Source: Eledone cirrhosa
Taxonomy: Eukaryota
Assembly: GCA_964016885.1 (NCBI GenBank)
Contig: OZ024746.1
Location: 91,636,001-91,700,000 of the forward strand
Reading direction: 5' to 3'
Length of the DNA stretch: 64,000 nt
Shown here: piece after piece, positions 24,895 through 39,707 of the stretch
Position numbering within the stretch: position 1 is the stretch's first letter
Layout of the letters: every line of letters begins with the position of its first letter
Translations under genes and position numbers: made by a program
The notes under the pieces: generated by a model
What the model saw: the letters and a program-made list of their open reading frames with translations, nothing else
Databases searched by the model: none
Told to the model about the DNA's origin: nothing

Positions 24895-25499
24895 AGGTCA
24901 CCAGTTGGTGCTACTGGTAACATGTATCCCAGTACAACCTGTCTCATGGTCGGGTCGTTGGCGACTAAACTGGCAACCCCACCAAGGTTTCTTGGTGAGG
25001 AGGGTGACTTTGGACATCCTGCAGGACTAAAAACAAAACCTGTCAAAGGGCAAAGGAGCTCTTAAGAGTCAATGGCCATCCAAAATCACCGGGAGAGATG
25101 ACCCCTTAGCCTTTGTCAAGGCAGAATTCTAGGAGAAGGAAAACTCTGATATAACACCTGCAACCCTGATGGTATCCAATGATGTTGACTTGTTCTTCTT
25201 TTTGGTAAATATCATCTTGGTTAAGAGAGTGGGACTGGCTTTGTGCAGTGCCTTTGCTCACTATAAAAGCTTCACGGCACAGGCATTGCTTTATATCTGG
25301 AGATCTCTCTGCACTTGTCGTCACATGGTACCATGGGCCCAGCACTATGTGTCAGTAATTGTCACAAGTGTAGTGTTTGTACCAGAGTTTTCAAGTCGCT
25401 GGCTGGACTAAAAAGTCACACTCGTTCAGCGCATCGGTAGGGGTTCTCCTACATGGATATAAAGTAGTGGCCGTACTCGAAAACGAGTTGGCAGCCACC
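24895..25499 (+). mobile_element. Short internally deleted RTE-like element (5' UTR-like start joined to a C2H2-encoding 3' end)
   Basis: 3' part reads CHKCSVCTRVFKSLAGLKSHTRSAHR*, like an RTE C-terminal finger; possible 23-bp target duplication at 24872-24894 and 25500-25522 (one mismatch). Confidence 0.55.
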
Positions 25500-25680
25500 A
25501 TGTGTATATATGTATGTATGTCTATATATATATATATATATGTGTGTATGTGTATATATTATGTATATATATATATATGTGTGTATATGTGTATATATTA
25601 TGTATGTGTATATATGTATGCATGTGTATATATATATATGTGTGCGTGTGTGTATATATGTATGTGTATATATATGTATG

Positions 25681-25713
<33 letters not shown>

Positions 25714-25744
25714 ATGTGTGTATATATGTATGTGTATATATGTA

Positions 25745-25839
<95 letters not shown>

Positions 25840-26730
25840 GTGTATATATATGTATGTGTGTATATATGTATGTGTCTGATATCCAACTAGCAGGAATCCG
25901 TAGTATGAATCCTGTGCAGTTAGATATTCAAACTTAATATACACAGCCCACATCTAGATCAAAGTAAATCAGGACAAACATGTGTGGAGAGGGGGGGGGG
26001 GTGTATATGTATACATACATACATACGTGTGTGTGTGTGTGTATGTGAGTGTGTATGTGTGTGGAGAGAGAGAGGGGGGGTGTATATGTATACATACATA
26101 CATACGTGTGTGTGAGTGTGTGTGTGTGTGTGTGGAGAGGGGGGTGTACATGTATACATACATACATACGTGTGTGTGTGTGTATGTGAGCGTGTATGTG
26201 TTTGGAGAGGGGGGTGTATATGTATACATACATACGTGTGTGTATGCGTGTGTGTGTATGTGAGTGTATGTGAGTGTGTGTGTGTATGTGAGTGTGTATG
26301 TGAGTGTGTGTGTATGTGTGTGGAGAGAGAGAGAGGTGTTTGTATATGTATACATACATACGTGTGTGTATGTGATTGGAGAGAGGGAGGGGGGTTGTAT
26401 ATGTATACATACATACGTGCGTGTGTATGTGAGTGTGTGTATGTGAGTGGAGAGAGGGGGTGTTTGTATGTGAGTGATGTATGTGTGTGAGTGGTGTATG
26501 TGTGTGATTGTGTGTATGTGAGTGGAGAGAGAGAGAGGGTGGGGGTGTTTGTATATGTATACAAACATACATACATGTGTGTATGTGTGTGTATGTGATT
26601 GGAGAGAGAGGGGGAGGGTGTTTGTATATGTATACATACATACGTGTGTGTGTGTGTATGTGAGTGGCGAGAGAGAGAGGAGGGTGTTTGTATATGTATA
26701 CATACATTCATGTGTGTGTGTGTGTGTGAT

Positions 26731-26765
<35 letters not shown>

Positions 26766-27662
26766 GTTTGTATATGTATACATTCATAGGCGAGTATGCG
26801 AGTGTGTGTATGCGAGTGTGTGTATGCGAGTGTGTGTATGTGAGTGTGAGTATGTGAGTGTGAGTATGTGTGTGTGAGTATGTGAGTGAGTGTGTGTGAG
26901 TGTGTGTGTGAGTGTGTGTGTGAGTGTGTGTGTGTGTGTGTATGTGAGTGTGTGTATGTGTGTGTGTATGTGAGTGTGTGTATGTGAGTGAGTATGTGAG
27001 TGTGAGTATGTGAGTGTGAGTATGTGAGTGTGAGTATGTGAGTGTGAGTATGTGAGTGTGAGTATGTGAGTGAGTGTGTGTGAGTGTGTGTATGTGAGTG
27101 TGTGTATGTAAGTGTGAGTATGTGAGTGAGTATGTGTGTGAGTGTGTGTATGTGTGAGACTTCTCTTCCTTGCGTCAAAATAATTTATTCCACTTGGCCA
27201 ACTTTCTCAATGTGTGGGTGTGTGTAGGTGTAGGTGTAGGTGTGTGTAGGTGTACGTGTAGTGTGTGTAGGTGTACGTGTAGGTGTGTGTAGGTGTGCGT
27301 GTAGGTGTGCGTGTAGGTGTGCGTGTAGGTGTGTGTAGGTGTGCGTGTAGGTGTGTGTAGGTGTGCGTGTAGGTGCGTGTACGTGTGCGTGTAGGTGTGC
27401 GTGTGGGTGTGTGTGTGGGTGTGTATAGGTGTGTGTGTGTGCGTGTAGGTGTATGGGTGTGAGTGGGTGTGTATAGGTGTGTGTGGGTGTAGGTGTGTGG
27501 TGTGGGTGTGTGAGCGTGTAGGTGTGTAAGAGTGTGTGTGTAGGTGTGGATGTTTGTGTGTGTGTATATGTGTGTGTGAGAGTGTGTGTGTAGGTGTGTT
27601 GGTGTGGATGTGTGTGTGTGTGTATATGTGTGTGTGAGAGTGTGTGTGTGTCTGCGTGTGTT
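25500..27662. repeat. Compound TG/TA/GA/TGAG/GTAG microsatellite field
   Basis: Low-complexity sequence with short unique interruptions. Confidence 0.95.
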
Positions 27663-28791
27663 CACATTCTCTGCTATGCATTGAGCACTTCATTTCACAC
27701 GTGATACTATAAACATACATACCATATTGTGAGTGTATATATCCACATGTGTGTAGAGAGGGGTGGGGGGTGAAACTGATGAATTCCATCAAAGCAGCCT
27801 TAGTCTTCCAGACCAGCAGTACTTAATCAATATCATTTAGACTAAGTAGCTTTAAGAACTAGCATTGCAAGTTATCACCAGCTGTTCCATAGCTGCAGGG
27901 TCAGATTAAGTCCTTCTGAGGCCCCCCTAAGCACTTAAAAATTTATCATGTCCCCATATATAAAGTTTGCAAAAAAAAAAAAAAAAAAAAAAAATTATTT
28001 AGGTAATGCAAAATACATTTAATTTAAATTAAATTGTGCCCTTCTCGCCTTGGTGCCTTATTTTGTTTAAGGGTTTATCCAGAATATCTCTGGAAAGAAT
28101 TGCTGGACAGATTTTATAGGCAAAACCAAGAAGTAAGAGACCCAGAGGTAGACTCCGAGCAAAATAACATCCACCAGCTTGGCTGGTCACACTTAGGGAT
28201 CTAGCTGGATCAGTTAGAGATGGTTGCTTCTGACAGGACTTGCTGGAAGGAGTTTTTGAATTCAGGAAAATGATACTCTTTCACCTCTGTTTGTTCCAGT
28301 CAATGAGCTGAGGCCATGCTGCATCAGACATGAACCTGGGCTATCTGAATGGTAGACAAATATTCAACCATACAACCACCAGGCCATGAGAAAAAAATAC
28401 ATTATATCGGACAGATAAGGAACCTGATCTATCTGCATGATAGACTTTCACTACACAACCACCAATAATTATTAAACAAAATTCAATACTGGTTCCTAAC
28501 ATGGCAGAAGATCCAAAATTTGTGATGAGGCAAAGTTGATTAAATTCACTTGACTCTTTACGATGAGAGATTATTTCATAAGTACCGGAAAAATGAAAGG
28601 AAAGCTTCACTTAGGCAGAATTTGAACTCAAAACATTTCTAAAATGTAACGCTATAGCTTTCTAACATTACTAACATTTCTTGTTTTTCTTTTCTATTTG
28701 TTATTTTATTTGTAAACCAGAAAAAAAGAAAAAAGAGAAAATCAGTGTTTTCCATCTAATAGACAGGTAGGACATAAATATGCTTACTCAC

Positions 28792-28890
28792 AAATGAAAT
28801 ACAATCTGGCGGAATGTATTTGTCCAATACTTTATCACAGTCATACAAGTGATGGAAAGAAACAGAATATAGGAATTGAAGCAAACCCAT
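28792..28890 (-). CDS. Putative first coding segment of a host gene (MGLLQFLYSVSFHHLYDCDKVLDKYIPPDCISF) within candidate exon 28792-29152
   Basis: Donor TTT|GTGAGTAA at 28791; acceptor gtttgttttataccag| at 29153; in-frame stop just before the ATG; phase 0; non-repetitive sequence; product not recognised. Confidence 0.4.
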
Positions 28891-29858
28891 TTAGATAAGT
28901 AAACCAAAGTCATGCAACACGAGACGGAGATTAAATGAACATCAAAAAGTCACTAGATTCTCTGATGACGTTTCACAAACACAACACCATACAGAATAAT
29001 TTTAATGTTTAGAAAATGTTACTGCAGTAATACTCAACATTTTGCAAGCCTCAAGTGAATTAATGCAAACATCAATGTTAAAAGTAAGTTAAGTGCAACA
29101 CAAAAGATCTCCATAGGTAATATATAGCCCTTGAGTCGTGTGTTGTGAACACCTGGTATAAAACAAACTTACTTTTAAATAGATATCACACTATACATAC
29201 ATGCATGTAATGTATGTGAACACACCAGAGAGACACTAAAAGCTCATATCCAACACTACCCCCACCTCACCCCACTCTAATGTTTTAACTTCAGTTTCAT
29301 GCAGCTAAGAGACAGAAATGTTAAATTTAATCTTGAGTAACATTCCCAGAGGATCTAATAACCGATTGCTGTGAGATAGGTCAACTGAGGTGAGTTAAGT
29401 GTGAGTGTTCACACAACACTGACAATATGAAACCCAGGAACTCATTCAATACTATTATATTATCCAACGTATAAGGCACAAAGTCAAACATTTAGGGGGG
29501 GGGGGTCGATTCAGTACATTACTGGTATTTTATTTTATCAACTCTGTGAGGATCAAAGGTAAAGTAACCTTGGTAGGATTTGAACTGGAAAATAAGTATT
29601 CATATCCATGGGTTACTGAAGAGATTTATATATCACCGACCAACTTTTAACATCTTATAATGATTTAGCAGAAAATATTTTTAAATGGTTTTGTTAATTC
29701 AAATGTTTATAGTATCTTTACAGGTAAAAATTAGAGTAAAGACTTTGAATGTGATAGAATCGTAGTGTTGTTTTATACTTTGCAAGAATATCTTGAAAAT
29801 GTGGCTTTGTGTGGTACAGGACATTGAGAGTTTAAGTAATATTTATTAAAAACTATGT

Positions 29859-29977
29859 GAAGGCGCGTGATTCAGAGGTTAGAGAGTTGGATTTGCAATC
29901 ATGAGGTTGTGAGTTCAATTCTCAGACCGGGTGATGTGTTGTGTCCTTGAGCAAGACACTTTATTTCATGTTGCTCC
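29859..29977 (+). mobile_element. CORE-type SINE 5' fragment
   Basis: tRNA head plus GTGTCCTTGAGCAAGACACTT. Confidence 0.75.
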
Positions 29978-30968
29978 TTCTGGCAGGAGTTGTGAATGGT
30001 AGATAGTATCAGAAATGGAAAGACCAAAAAAGATTATAACAAAAATAAAAGCATCAGACTTTCCTCATTCACATAAAACAGCAAATAAAGAAATGTTATA
30101 AGTAGGGAATGGAGAGGTGCAGGTGAGGTGGAAATAATTCATGTTCACTTGTTGCCTTCTTCCCCCTCCCTCCCCACACATTTTTATATCATCATCATCA
30201 TCTATTTCATATCCAATGTTTCATGTTGAAATGAATTAAAACAAAATAGTAAAGTAGCAATTCCACCATTTGTCCCCACCCCGTCAAACATTGTCACGTC
30301 TCCACCCCCACCCTGTCAAACACTGTCACGTCTCCACCCCCACCCCTGTCAAACACTGTCACTTATAAGGTCTTCTCAGAATCAATGACATGTCAAAAGA
30401 TAGTTTAACAGTAATATAGAGGAGTGTATCTTCTGCCTATTTGCTGCTGTTTGTTTTGTTTTTTCGTTGTTTTTCTCTCTTGTTTTTGCATTTTATACTT
30501 AACCCTTCAACATTTAAACCCGCCATATTCGGCTACAATTTTCTCACCTCTTTCTGTTCAATAATAACATCAAAACCTCATAGATTCGATATTATGTAAG
30601 GTAATTCTGAGAGGTTAGGGTTGGAGTTAGGGTTAAACCTGCTAGAGACCATCTAGCTCTCAACACAGATGATTTCTGCCAGAAGAGGAGGAGGAGAAAA
30701 CAAGAAAGAGAAGGAGTGATCAAGAAATATAAAGGGAAAAATCAACCCCAGTACAGGACTGGTACATTTTTTTTTATTGATCCCAAACGGGTGAAAAGTA
30801 AAGTTGACCTCGATGGCATTTGAACTCAGTGAGCAAAAATATCCAGAATAATTACCAGAAACCATCGTTTTAATGACTCTCCTAATTTCCTGCCCATTCC
30901 AGATGAATTTACACTCTCTCTCTCTCTCTCTCTCACTCTCTCATATATATATATGTGTGTATATATAT

Positions 30969-30999
<31 letters not shown>

Positions 31000-31256
31000 C
31001 ATATGTGTATGTCTGTAAAAAGTATTCAACTAACAAAGTAATGACACAGTACCATGAAGAAGTATGTTGATGTCTTCAGACGACATATGTTGTTGTCATT
31101 TGTTTGTTATTCTTTTCTAGATGTTTGAATAGCTACAGCTAGAATGCCAATCAATCAATGAAGTTCAATCAAATCAATACACAGGGTCAAGGCTACTGGA
31201 CGTATTGGATTGTTCACAGTCATTTGATCAGCACAGAGAAGCTAACAAGAACTCAT

Positions 31257-31304
<48 letters not shown>

Positions 31305-31323
31305 ATACATGTATGTATGTGTG

Positions 31324-31373
<50 letters not shown>

Positions 31374-31616
31374 CAATTCCTGTGCTGAGTTGCGTGTTGT
31401 GTTCTTGAGCAAAACACTTCATTTCACGTTGCTCTAGTATACTCAGCTGAAAATGAGTACCAGTAATAACTGGGGGTTTAAGCCAGCTATGGACTGACGT
31501 CCTGTCTAGGGGGAAGTCTTGTACTCTCAGTTGCTTCATGCCATGAAACCAGCATAAAGCACCAGCCTAACGAGCCTTCTAGCTTAAGAGACTTTATATA
31601 TATATATATATAATCA

Positions 31617-32387
31617 TCACTGCTTTACGTCTGTTCTTCCACGCTAGCATGGGTTGGACGAGTTGTCCTGTTGTGGGTAGTGCTAGGTCGGGTGACCTTG
31701 TCTTGCTCGTACGGAACTGATTCTGGCTTGATTTCTACAGCTGGATGCCCTTCCTGTGAGTGGTGGGTGCTTTTTGTCATGTCACCTCCACGACTACTTT
31801 GCAGTGGGATGGGGGCATAGTGTCGTCTATATGCTTCAGCTTTGGCTTGTACCCGTGGGGGGGGGGGGGCATATTGTCGTCTATATGCTTCAGCTTTGGC
31901 TTGTACCCGTGGGGGGTCGGGGCATATTGTCATCTATATGCTTCAGCTTTGGCTTGTACCCGTGGGGGGTCGGGGCATATTGTCGTCTATATGCTTCAGC
32001 TTTGGCTTGTACCCGTGGGGGGTCGGGGCATATTGTCGTCTATATGCTTCAGCTTTGGCTTGTACCCGTGGGAAGTCGGGGCATAGTGTCGTCTATATGC
32101 TTCAGCTTTGGCTTGTACCCGTGGGGGGTCGGGGCATATTGTCGTCTATATGCTTCAGCTTTGGCTTGTACCCGTGGGGGGTCGGGGCATAGTGTCGTCT
32201 ATATGCTTCAGCTTGTACCCGTGGGAAGTCGGGGCATATTGTCGTCTATATGCTTCAGCTTTGGCTTGTACCCGTGGGATGGGGGCATATTGTCTATATG
32301 CTTCAGCTTTGGCTTGTACCCGTGGGATGGGGGCATATTGTCTATATGCTTCAGCTTTGGCTTGTACCCGTGGGGGGTCGGGGCATA
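31617..32387 (-). repeat. RTE 3'-UTR fragment with a 53-bp tandem array (~11 copies, 31805-32387)
   Basis: Unit GGGCATATTGTCGTCTATATGCTTCAGCTTTGGCTTGTACCCGTGGGGGGTCG corresponds to RTE 21862-21910 on the opposite strand. Confidence 0.9.
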
Positions 32388-32490
32388 TTTATATATGCAA
32401 AAAGTCAATGGGAAAAAAATACAGAACAAAATTATATATTTTGTTTAACACTTGATATAGTAGGAACAGTTTTAATGTGTGTGTGTGTGT

Positions 32491-32556
<66 letters not shown>

Positions 32557-32608
32557 AAACAGTGATGCTATATTGATACCGCATTCCTACTAATTATTTT
32601 TTCCTAAA

Positions 32609-32800
32609 GGCGGTGGATTGGCAGAATCGGTAGAGGGTCCGACACCATACTTTGCAGCATAGAGTTACGACCCTTTATGATCTGAGTTCAAATCCCGCCG
32701 AGGTTGACTTTGCTTTTCATCCTTATGGGGTCGATAAAATAAAGTACCAGTAATGCACTAGGTAATTGCTGGCCTTGTGCCTAAAGTAGAAACAATTATT
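32609..32800 (+). mobile_element. SINE family A
   Basis: Full-length family match. Confidence 0.85.
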
Positions 32801-33098
32801 ATCATTATCAACCCTGCTTCTTGCACTAGTGTAATACCAAACATACTACAATGGCATCAAATGCTGGTGTCAACGTTGTTCCCTGGGGGGTGCAATAAAG
32901 TCTCAAGTATTTGGGTTGATATAATCAACTGTCCCATTCCAGACATATCAGGCCTTGTTATGTTCAATAACAATTTTTTAACATTCAAAGGTAAAAACGT
33001 AACCAATTTTAGATTATGTCATCATCGTCATAAATTTAACCGTTTTGATACCAAACTACCAGAAAATAACCCTGTTCTCTGATATAAAGCTTCCCATT

Positions 33099-33278
33099 TT
33101 AACCCTTTAGCATTCACATTACTCTATGTATACTATTTTGAATCTATGAGATTTTGAAAGTATTTATTTTGAGAACAATACCTTAACATCACTTTGAGTT
33201 ACCAGTTACAGTCAGTATCAACAGAAACATGTAGAGAATTCTGGCTGGTTTGGGCCGGTTTGAATATTAAAGGGTTAA
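33099..33278. mobile_element. piggyBac-like MITE (internally deleted)
   Basis: TTAA-CCCTT...AAGGG-TTAA. Confidence 0.75.
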
Positions 33279-33338
33279 AGTACTTATATTAAAACATTCC
33301 ATCATAATTTTATGCCAAAAAATTTTTTTACTAATATT

Positions 33339-33373
<35 letters not shown>

Positions 33374-34054
33374 ACTTAAATTAAAAGTTTAGCTATTTTA
33401 CAAAATTCCTCAAACATTTTAATTTCAAAATAATTGAAACACACCGTCTGTTTTTATTGGGAATATGGTGACAAATGAGTGAAATCAATACCAGTAATTA
33501 TTGATCCCAGAAATGGTAGTGGACACCATCAGAAGGGTATCAGACAAAATGTTTTGTGGTATATCATTTTATGTTGAGGTGACTTTGCCTTTCATTTTAT
33601 ATACAAGAACCCTACATTAAGTTACTATCTTAGTAATGAAATAATTAATAATTTTAGTAAATCACACAAAATTCTTCATTAATTCATCAACACAGAGTGT
33701 ATTTCATTAGAAATGGCATCATGAAAGGGTTAAATCAGTAGAAAAGGTATGACATATTCCTTGTATTGTAGGGAGTAAAAGAGCTGACGTTAGGAAGAGG
33801 TTCCTACCATAAAATACAGCCTCAGAAATGTCCAATACAGATAGAAATATGACAACAAAGATGAGGCATTAAAAGATATTTATTTGGGTCTGAGATAGAA
33901 AAGTGAAGTTAAAAATATATTAAAGAGGTGTGGAATTGTCAATCAGTGATATGGAACAAGGTAAAAACTGGTTCAGTAGACAAGCTGGTTCAAATTACAT
34001 ACATATACATATATACATGCAATACATACATTACATATATATATGCATATATGT

Positions 34055-34487
34055 ATCATCATCATCATCAACATCATCTTTTAACGTCCGTCTTCCATGC
34101 TTGCATGGGTTTGGACGGGAATTTTCCCACTTGAGGCAAGATTGATTGTCTTGCTCGTATAGGACTGTCTGGCGGGTTTTCTATGGCTGGATGTCCTTCC
34201 TAACACCAACCATGTTTACAGTGTGGACTGGGAGGTTTTTACCGTGTTACCTACACGGCCACATTACAGCGAGGACTGTGTGTTTTTTTGTCATGACACC
34301 TACACGACCTCATTTGTTTCGAACTGGATGTTGTGGTACCAACATAACTTTACATCGAAAGGGGTGGTGTGGATGGGGTGGGGGTAGTGGGTCGGGTGTG
34401 TATTTTTGTTAAGAGGTGCCTACTGACTGTAGGTTTCGCTTTGTACTTAGGCAAGGCGGGTCTTCTGTATTACTGTGTAGCGCCAAA
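34055..34487 (-). mobile_element. RTE LINE 3' end
   Basis: Matches 18060-18475; (CAT)n tail. Confidence 0.88.
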
Positions 34488-34553
34488 TATATGCATATAT
34501 ATATATATACAATATATTAACAAATGGAAACTATATTTATAAAACCATATTTA

Positions 34554-34615
34554 TTTCATTATACATATTTCAAGGGCCACCAAGGCAGATTATGGTGCGC
34601 TTTCATCAGATAAAA
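34554..34615 (-). ncRNA. Type I hammerhead ribozyme motif in a PLE-type relic
   Basis: UUUUAU-CUGAUGA-AAG..CACCA..UGGUG..CUU-GAAA-UAUGUAUA-AUGAAA; stems I and III as in the 22557 copy. Confidence 0.6.
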
Positions 34616-34954
34616 TATAATACAGATTAGTTTTATAAATAAATATTGACATAACCTGTAAAATGCAACCTTACCGGTTGGAGCTTCCTGGATAGTGGAG
34701 ATATTAGATTTATTGTTGATTTAGTATGCAAATTATTGTCGGAAAGGTTTAAATGACAGTATATTTAAATTAAACCGTTGGAAGAGGGGAAAGAGAAAGA
34801 GAAAAGGAATAGTTTATATATATTTTTTTGTCAGTGAGAGAGAGTAAACGTGACTATATTTAAGTGAGAGAGAATATTAGTTATAAGGACAATAATAGCG
34901 TAATTTTGTTTACGTGAGAGGAGAGAAGAAGCGAAGAAACGGTTTAATTGAAAT

Positions 34955-35453
34955 ATAAACCTGGGACGACTTCATAAAATCCGACCTCACACACTTACAC
35001 CTCTCCAAGACAATGTCACTGGACCAAGATCTTTGGCGCTACGTAGTAATACAGAAGACTCGCCTTGCCTAAGTACAAAGCGAAACCTGCAGTCAGTAGG
35101 CACCTTAACCAAAATATACCCCCCATGCCACTAACCCTACCCCCACCGCCATCTTCACCACGCCTTTCGATGTAAAGCTATGTTGGTACCAGAACATCCA
35201 GTCCGAAAGAAATGAGGTCGTGTAGGTGTCACGACAAAAAAACACACAGTCCACGCTGTAATGTGGCCGTGTAGGTAACACGGTAAAAACCTCCCAGTCC
35301 ACACTGTAAATGTGGTTGCTGTTAGGAAGGGCATCCAGCCATAGAAAACCCGCCAGACAGTACCGAGCAAGACAACCAATCTTGCCTCAAGTGGGACAAT
35401 TCCCGTCCAGACCCATGCTAGCGTGGAAGATGGACATTAAACGATAATGATGA
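34955..35453 (+). mobile_element. RTE LINE 3' end
   Basis: Reads TWDDFIKSDLTHLHLSKTMSLDQDLWRY; 3' UTR is the reverse complement of 34055-34487. Confidence 0.88.
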
Positions 35454-35459
35454 TACATT

Positions 35460-38400
35460 GACATATATATACAAACAGACATGAATATATACACATATAT
35501 ATAAACACATATAAATATACATATATAAACACATATAAATATACATATATATATATATATATACATATACATACATACATTACATATATATATATACATA
35601 TACATACATACATACATACATACATACATTACATATACATACATACATTACATACTTACATTACATATATATATATATATATATACATATACATACATTA
35701 CATATATACATATACACACATTACATAAATATATATATACATATACATACATTACATATATATATACATACATATACATACATTACATATATATATACAT
35801 ATACATACATTACATATGTATATATATATATACATACATTACATATATACATATACATACATGACATATATATATATACATATACATACATTACATATAT
35901 ATATATATATATACATATACATACATACATTACATATATATATATATATACATACATATACATACATACATTACATATATATATATATACATACATACAT
36001 TACATATATATATATACATATACATACACACATTACATATATATATATACATATACATACATACATTACATATATATATATACATATACATACACACATT
36101 ACATATATATATATACATATACATACACACATTACATATATATATATACATATACATACACACATTACATATATATATATACATATACATACATACATTA
36201 CATATATATATATACATATACATACATTACATATATATATACATATACATACATTACATATATATATACATATACATACATACATTACATATATATATAT
36301 ATACATACACATACATTACATATATATATACATATACATACATTACATATATATATACATATACATTACATATATATATATATACAGTACACAGTACATT
36401 ACATATATTATATACATATACATACATACATTACATATAATATATATATACATACACATACAAACATTACATATATATACACATACACATACACATACAT
36501 ACATTACATATATATATACACATACACATTACATACATTACAGATATATATATATACATACATTACATTACATATATATATATACATACATACATTACAT
36601 ATATATATATACATACATACATACATTACATATATATATATACATACATACATACATTACATATATATATATACATACATACATACATTACATATATATA
36701 TATACATACATACATTACATATATATATATATATACATACATACATTACATATATATATATATATACATACATACATTACATATATATATATATATACAT
36801 ATATACATTACATATATATATATATATACATATATACATTACATATATATATATATATACATATATACATTACATATATATATATATATACATATATACA
36901 TTACATATATATATATATATACATACATACATTACATATATATATATATATATATATATACATACACATACATACATTACATATATATATATATACATAT
37001 ACATACATACATTACATATATATATATATACATATACATACATACATATATATATACATACATTACATATATATATATATACATACATACATTACATATA
37101 TATATATATATACATACATTACATATATATATATATATACATATACATACATTACATATATATATATATATACATATACATACATATATATATACATACA
37201 TTACATATATATATATATACATACATACATTACATATATATATATATATACATACATACATTACATATATATATATATACATATACATACATACATATAT
37301 ATATATACATATACATACATACATATATATATATACATATACATACATACATATATATATATACATATACATACATACATATATATATATACATATACAT
37401 ACATACATATATATATATACATACATACATATATATATATACATATACATACATACATATATATATATACATATACATACATACATATATATATATACAT
37501 ATACATACATATATATATATACATATACATACATATATATATATACATACATATATATACATATACATACATACATTACATATATATACATATACATACA
37601 TATATACATATACATACATTACATATATACATATACATACATTACATATATATATATACATACATACATTACATATATATATATACATACATACATTACA
37701 TATATATATATACATACATACATTACATATATACATACATACATTACATATATACATACATACATTACATATATATATACATACATACATTACATATATA
37801 TATACATACATACATTACATATATATATACATACATACATTACATATATATATATACATATATACATACATACATACATATATATATATGCATATAACAT
37901 ACATACATTACATATATACATACATGCATATAACATACATACATTACATATATACATATACATACATTACATATATACATATACATACATACATACATTA
38001 CATACATATATACATACATACATACATATATACATACATGCATACATTACATAATATATATATATATACATGCATACATTACATAACATATATATACATA
38101 CATTACATATATATATATATACATACATTACATATATATATACATACATTACATATATATATACATACATTACATATATATATATATACATACATTACAT
38201 ATATATATATATACATACATTACATATATACATATATATATACATACATTAGATATATATATACATACATTAGATATATATATATACATACGTTAGATAT
38301 ATATATATATACATTCATTACATATATATATATATATACATACATTAGATATATATATATATATACATACATTAGATATATATATATATACATACATTAG

Positions 38401-39282
38401 ATATATATATATATACATACATTAGATATATATATATATATACATACATTAGATATATATATATATACATACATTAGATATATATATATATATATATACA
38501 TTAGATATATATATATATATATACATACATTAGATATATATATATACATACATTAGATATATATATATATATACATACATTACATATATATATATATATA
38601 CATACATTACATATATATATATATATACATACATTACATATATATATATATATACATACATTACATATATATATACATACATACATTACATATATATATA
38701 CATACATACATTAGATATATATATATATACATACATTACATATATATATATATACATACATTACATATATACATATATATATACATACATTAGATATATA
38801 TATACATACATTAGATATATATATATACATACGTTAGATATATATATATATACATTCATTACATATATATATATATATACATACATTAGATATATATATA
38901 TATATACATACATTAGATATATATATATATACATACATTAGATATATATATACATACATTAGATATATATATATATACATACATTAGATATATATATATA
39001 TACATACATTAGATATATATATATATACATACATTAGATATATATATATATATATATACATTAGATATATATATATATATATACATACATTAGATATATA
39101 TATATACATACATTAGATATATATATATATATACATACATTACATATATATATATATATACATACATTACATATATATATATATATACATACATTACATA
39201 TATATATATATATACATACATTACATATATATATACATACATACATTACATATATATATACATACATACATTACATATATAT

Positions 39283-39313
<31 letters not shown>

Positions 39314-39594
39314 CATACATACATACATATATATATATATACATACATACATACATATATATATATATACATACATATATATATATATACATACATTACA
39401 TATATATATATATACATACATTACATATATATATATATACATACATTACATATATATATATATACATACATTACATATATATATATATATACATACATTA
39501 CATATATATATATATACATACATTACATATATATATATATACATACATACATTACATATATATATATATACATACATACATTACATATATATAT

Positions 39595-39627
<33 letters not shown>

Positions 39628-39707
39628 CATACACATATATATATATATACATACATAGCTATATACCTATATACAAACATATACATATACATATATATAC
39701 ATACACA
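35460..39707. repeat. 4.2-kb TA/TACA/CATTACA compound microsatellite with an internal ~540-560-bp duplication
   Basis: Rare motif CGTTAGAT at 38291 and 38832; identical ORFs at 38501 and 39061. Confidence 0.97.

Noticed and set aside
30612-30636. Telomeric TTAGGG repeats
   Set aside because: Only two interrupted units; not a telomere-like array
35816-37897. 693-aa Tyr/Ile/His ORF and similar ORFs at 24-27 kb and 61-64 kb
   Set aside because: Microsatellite translations
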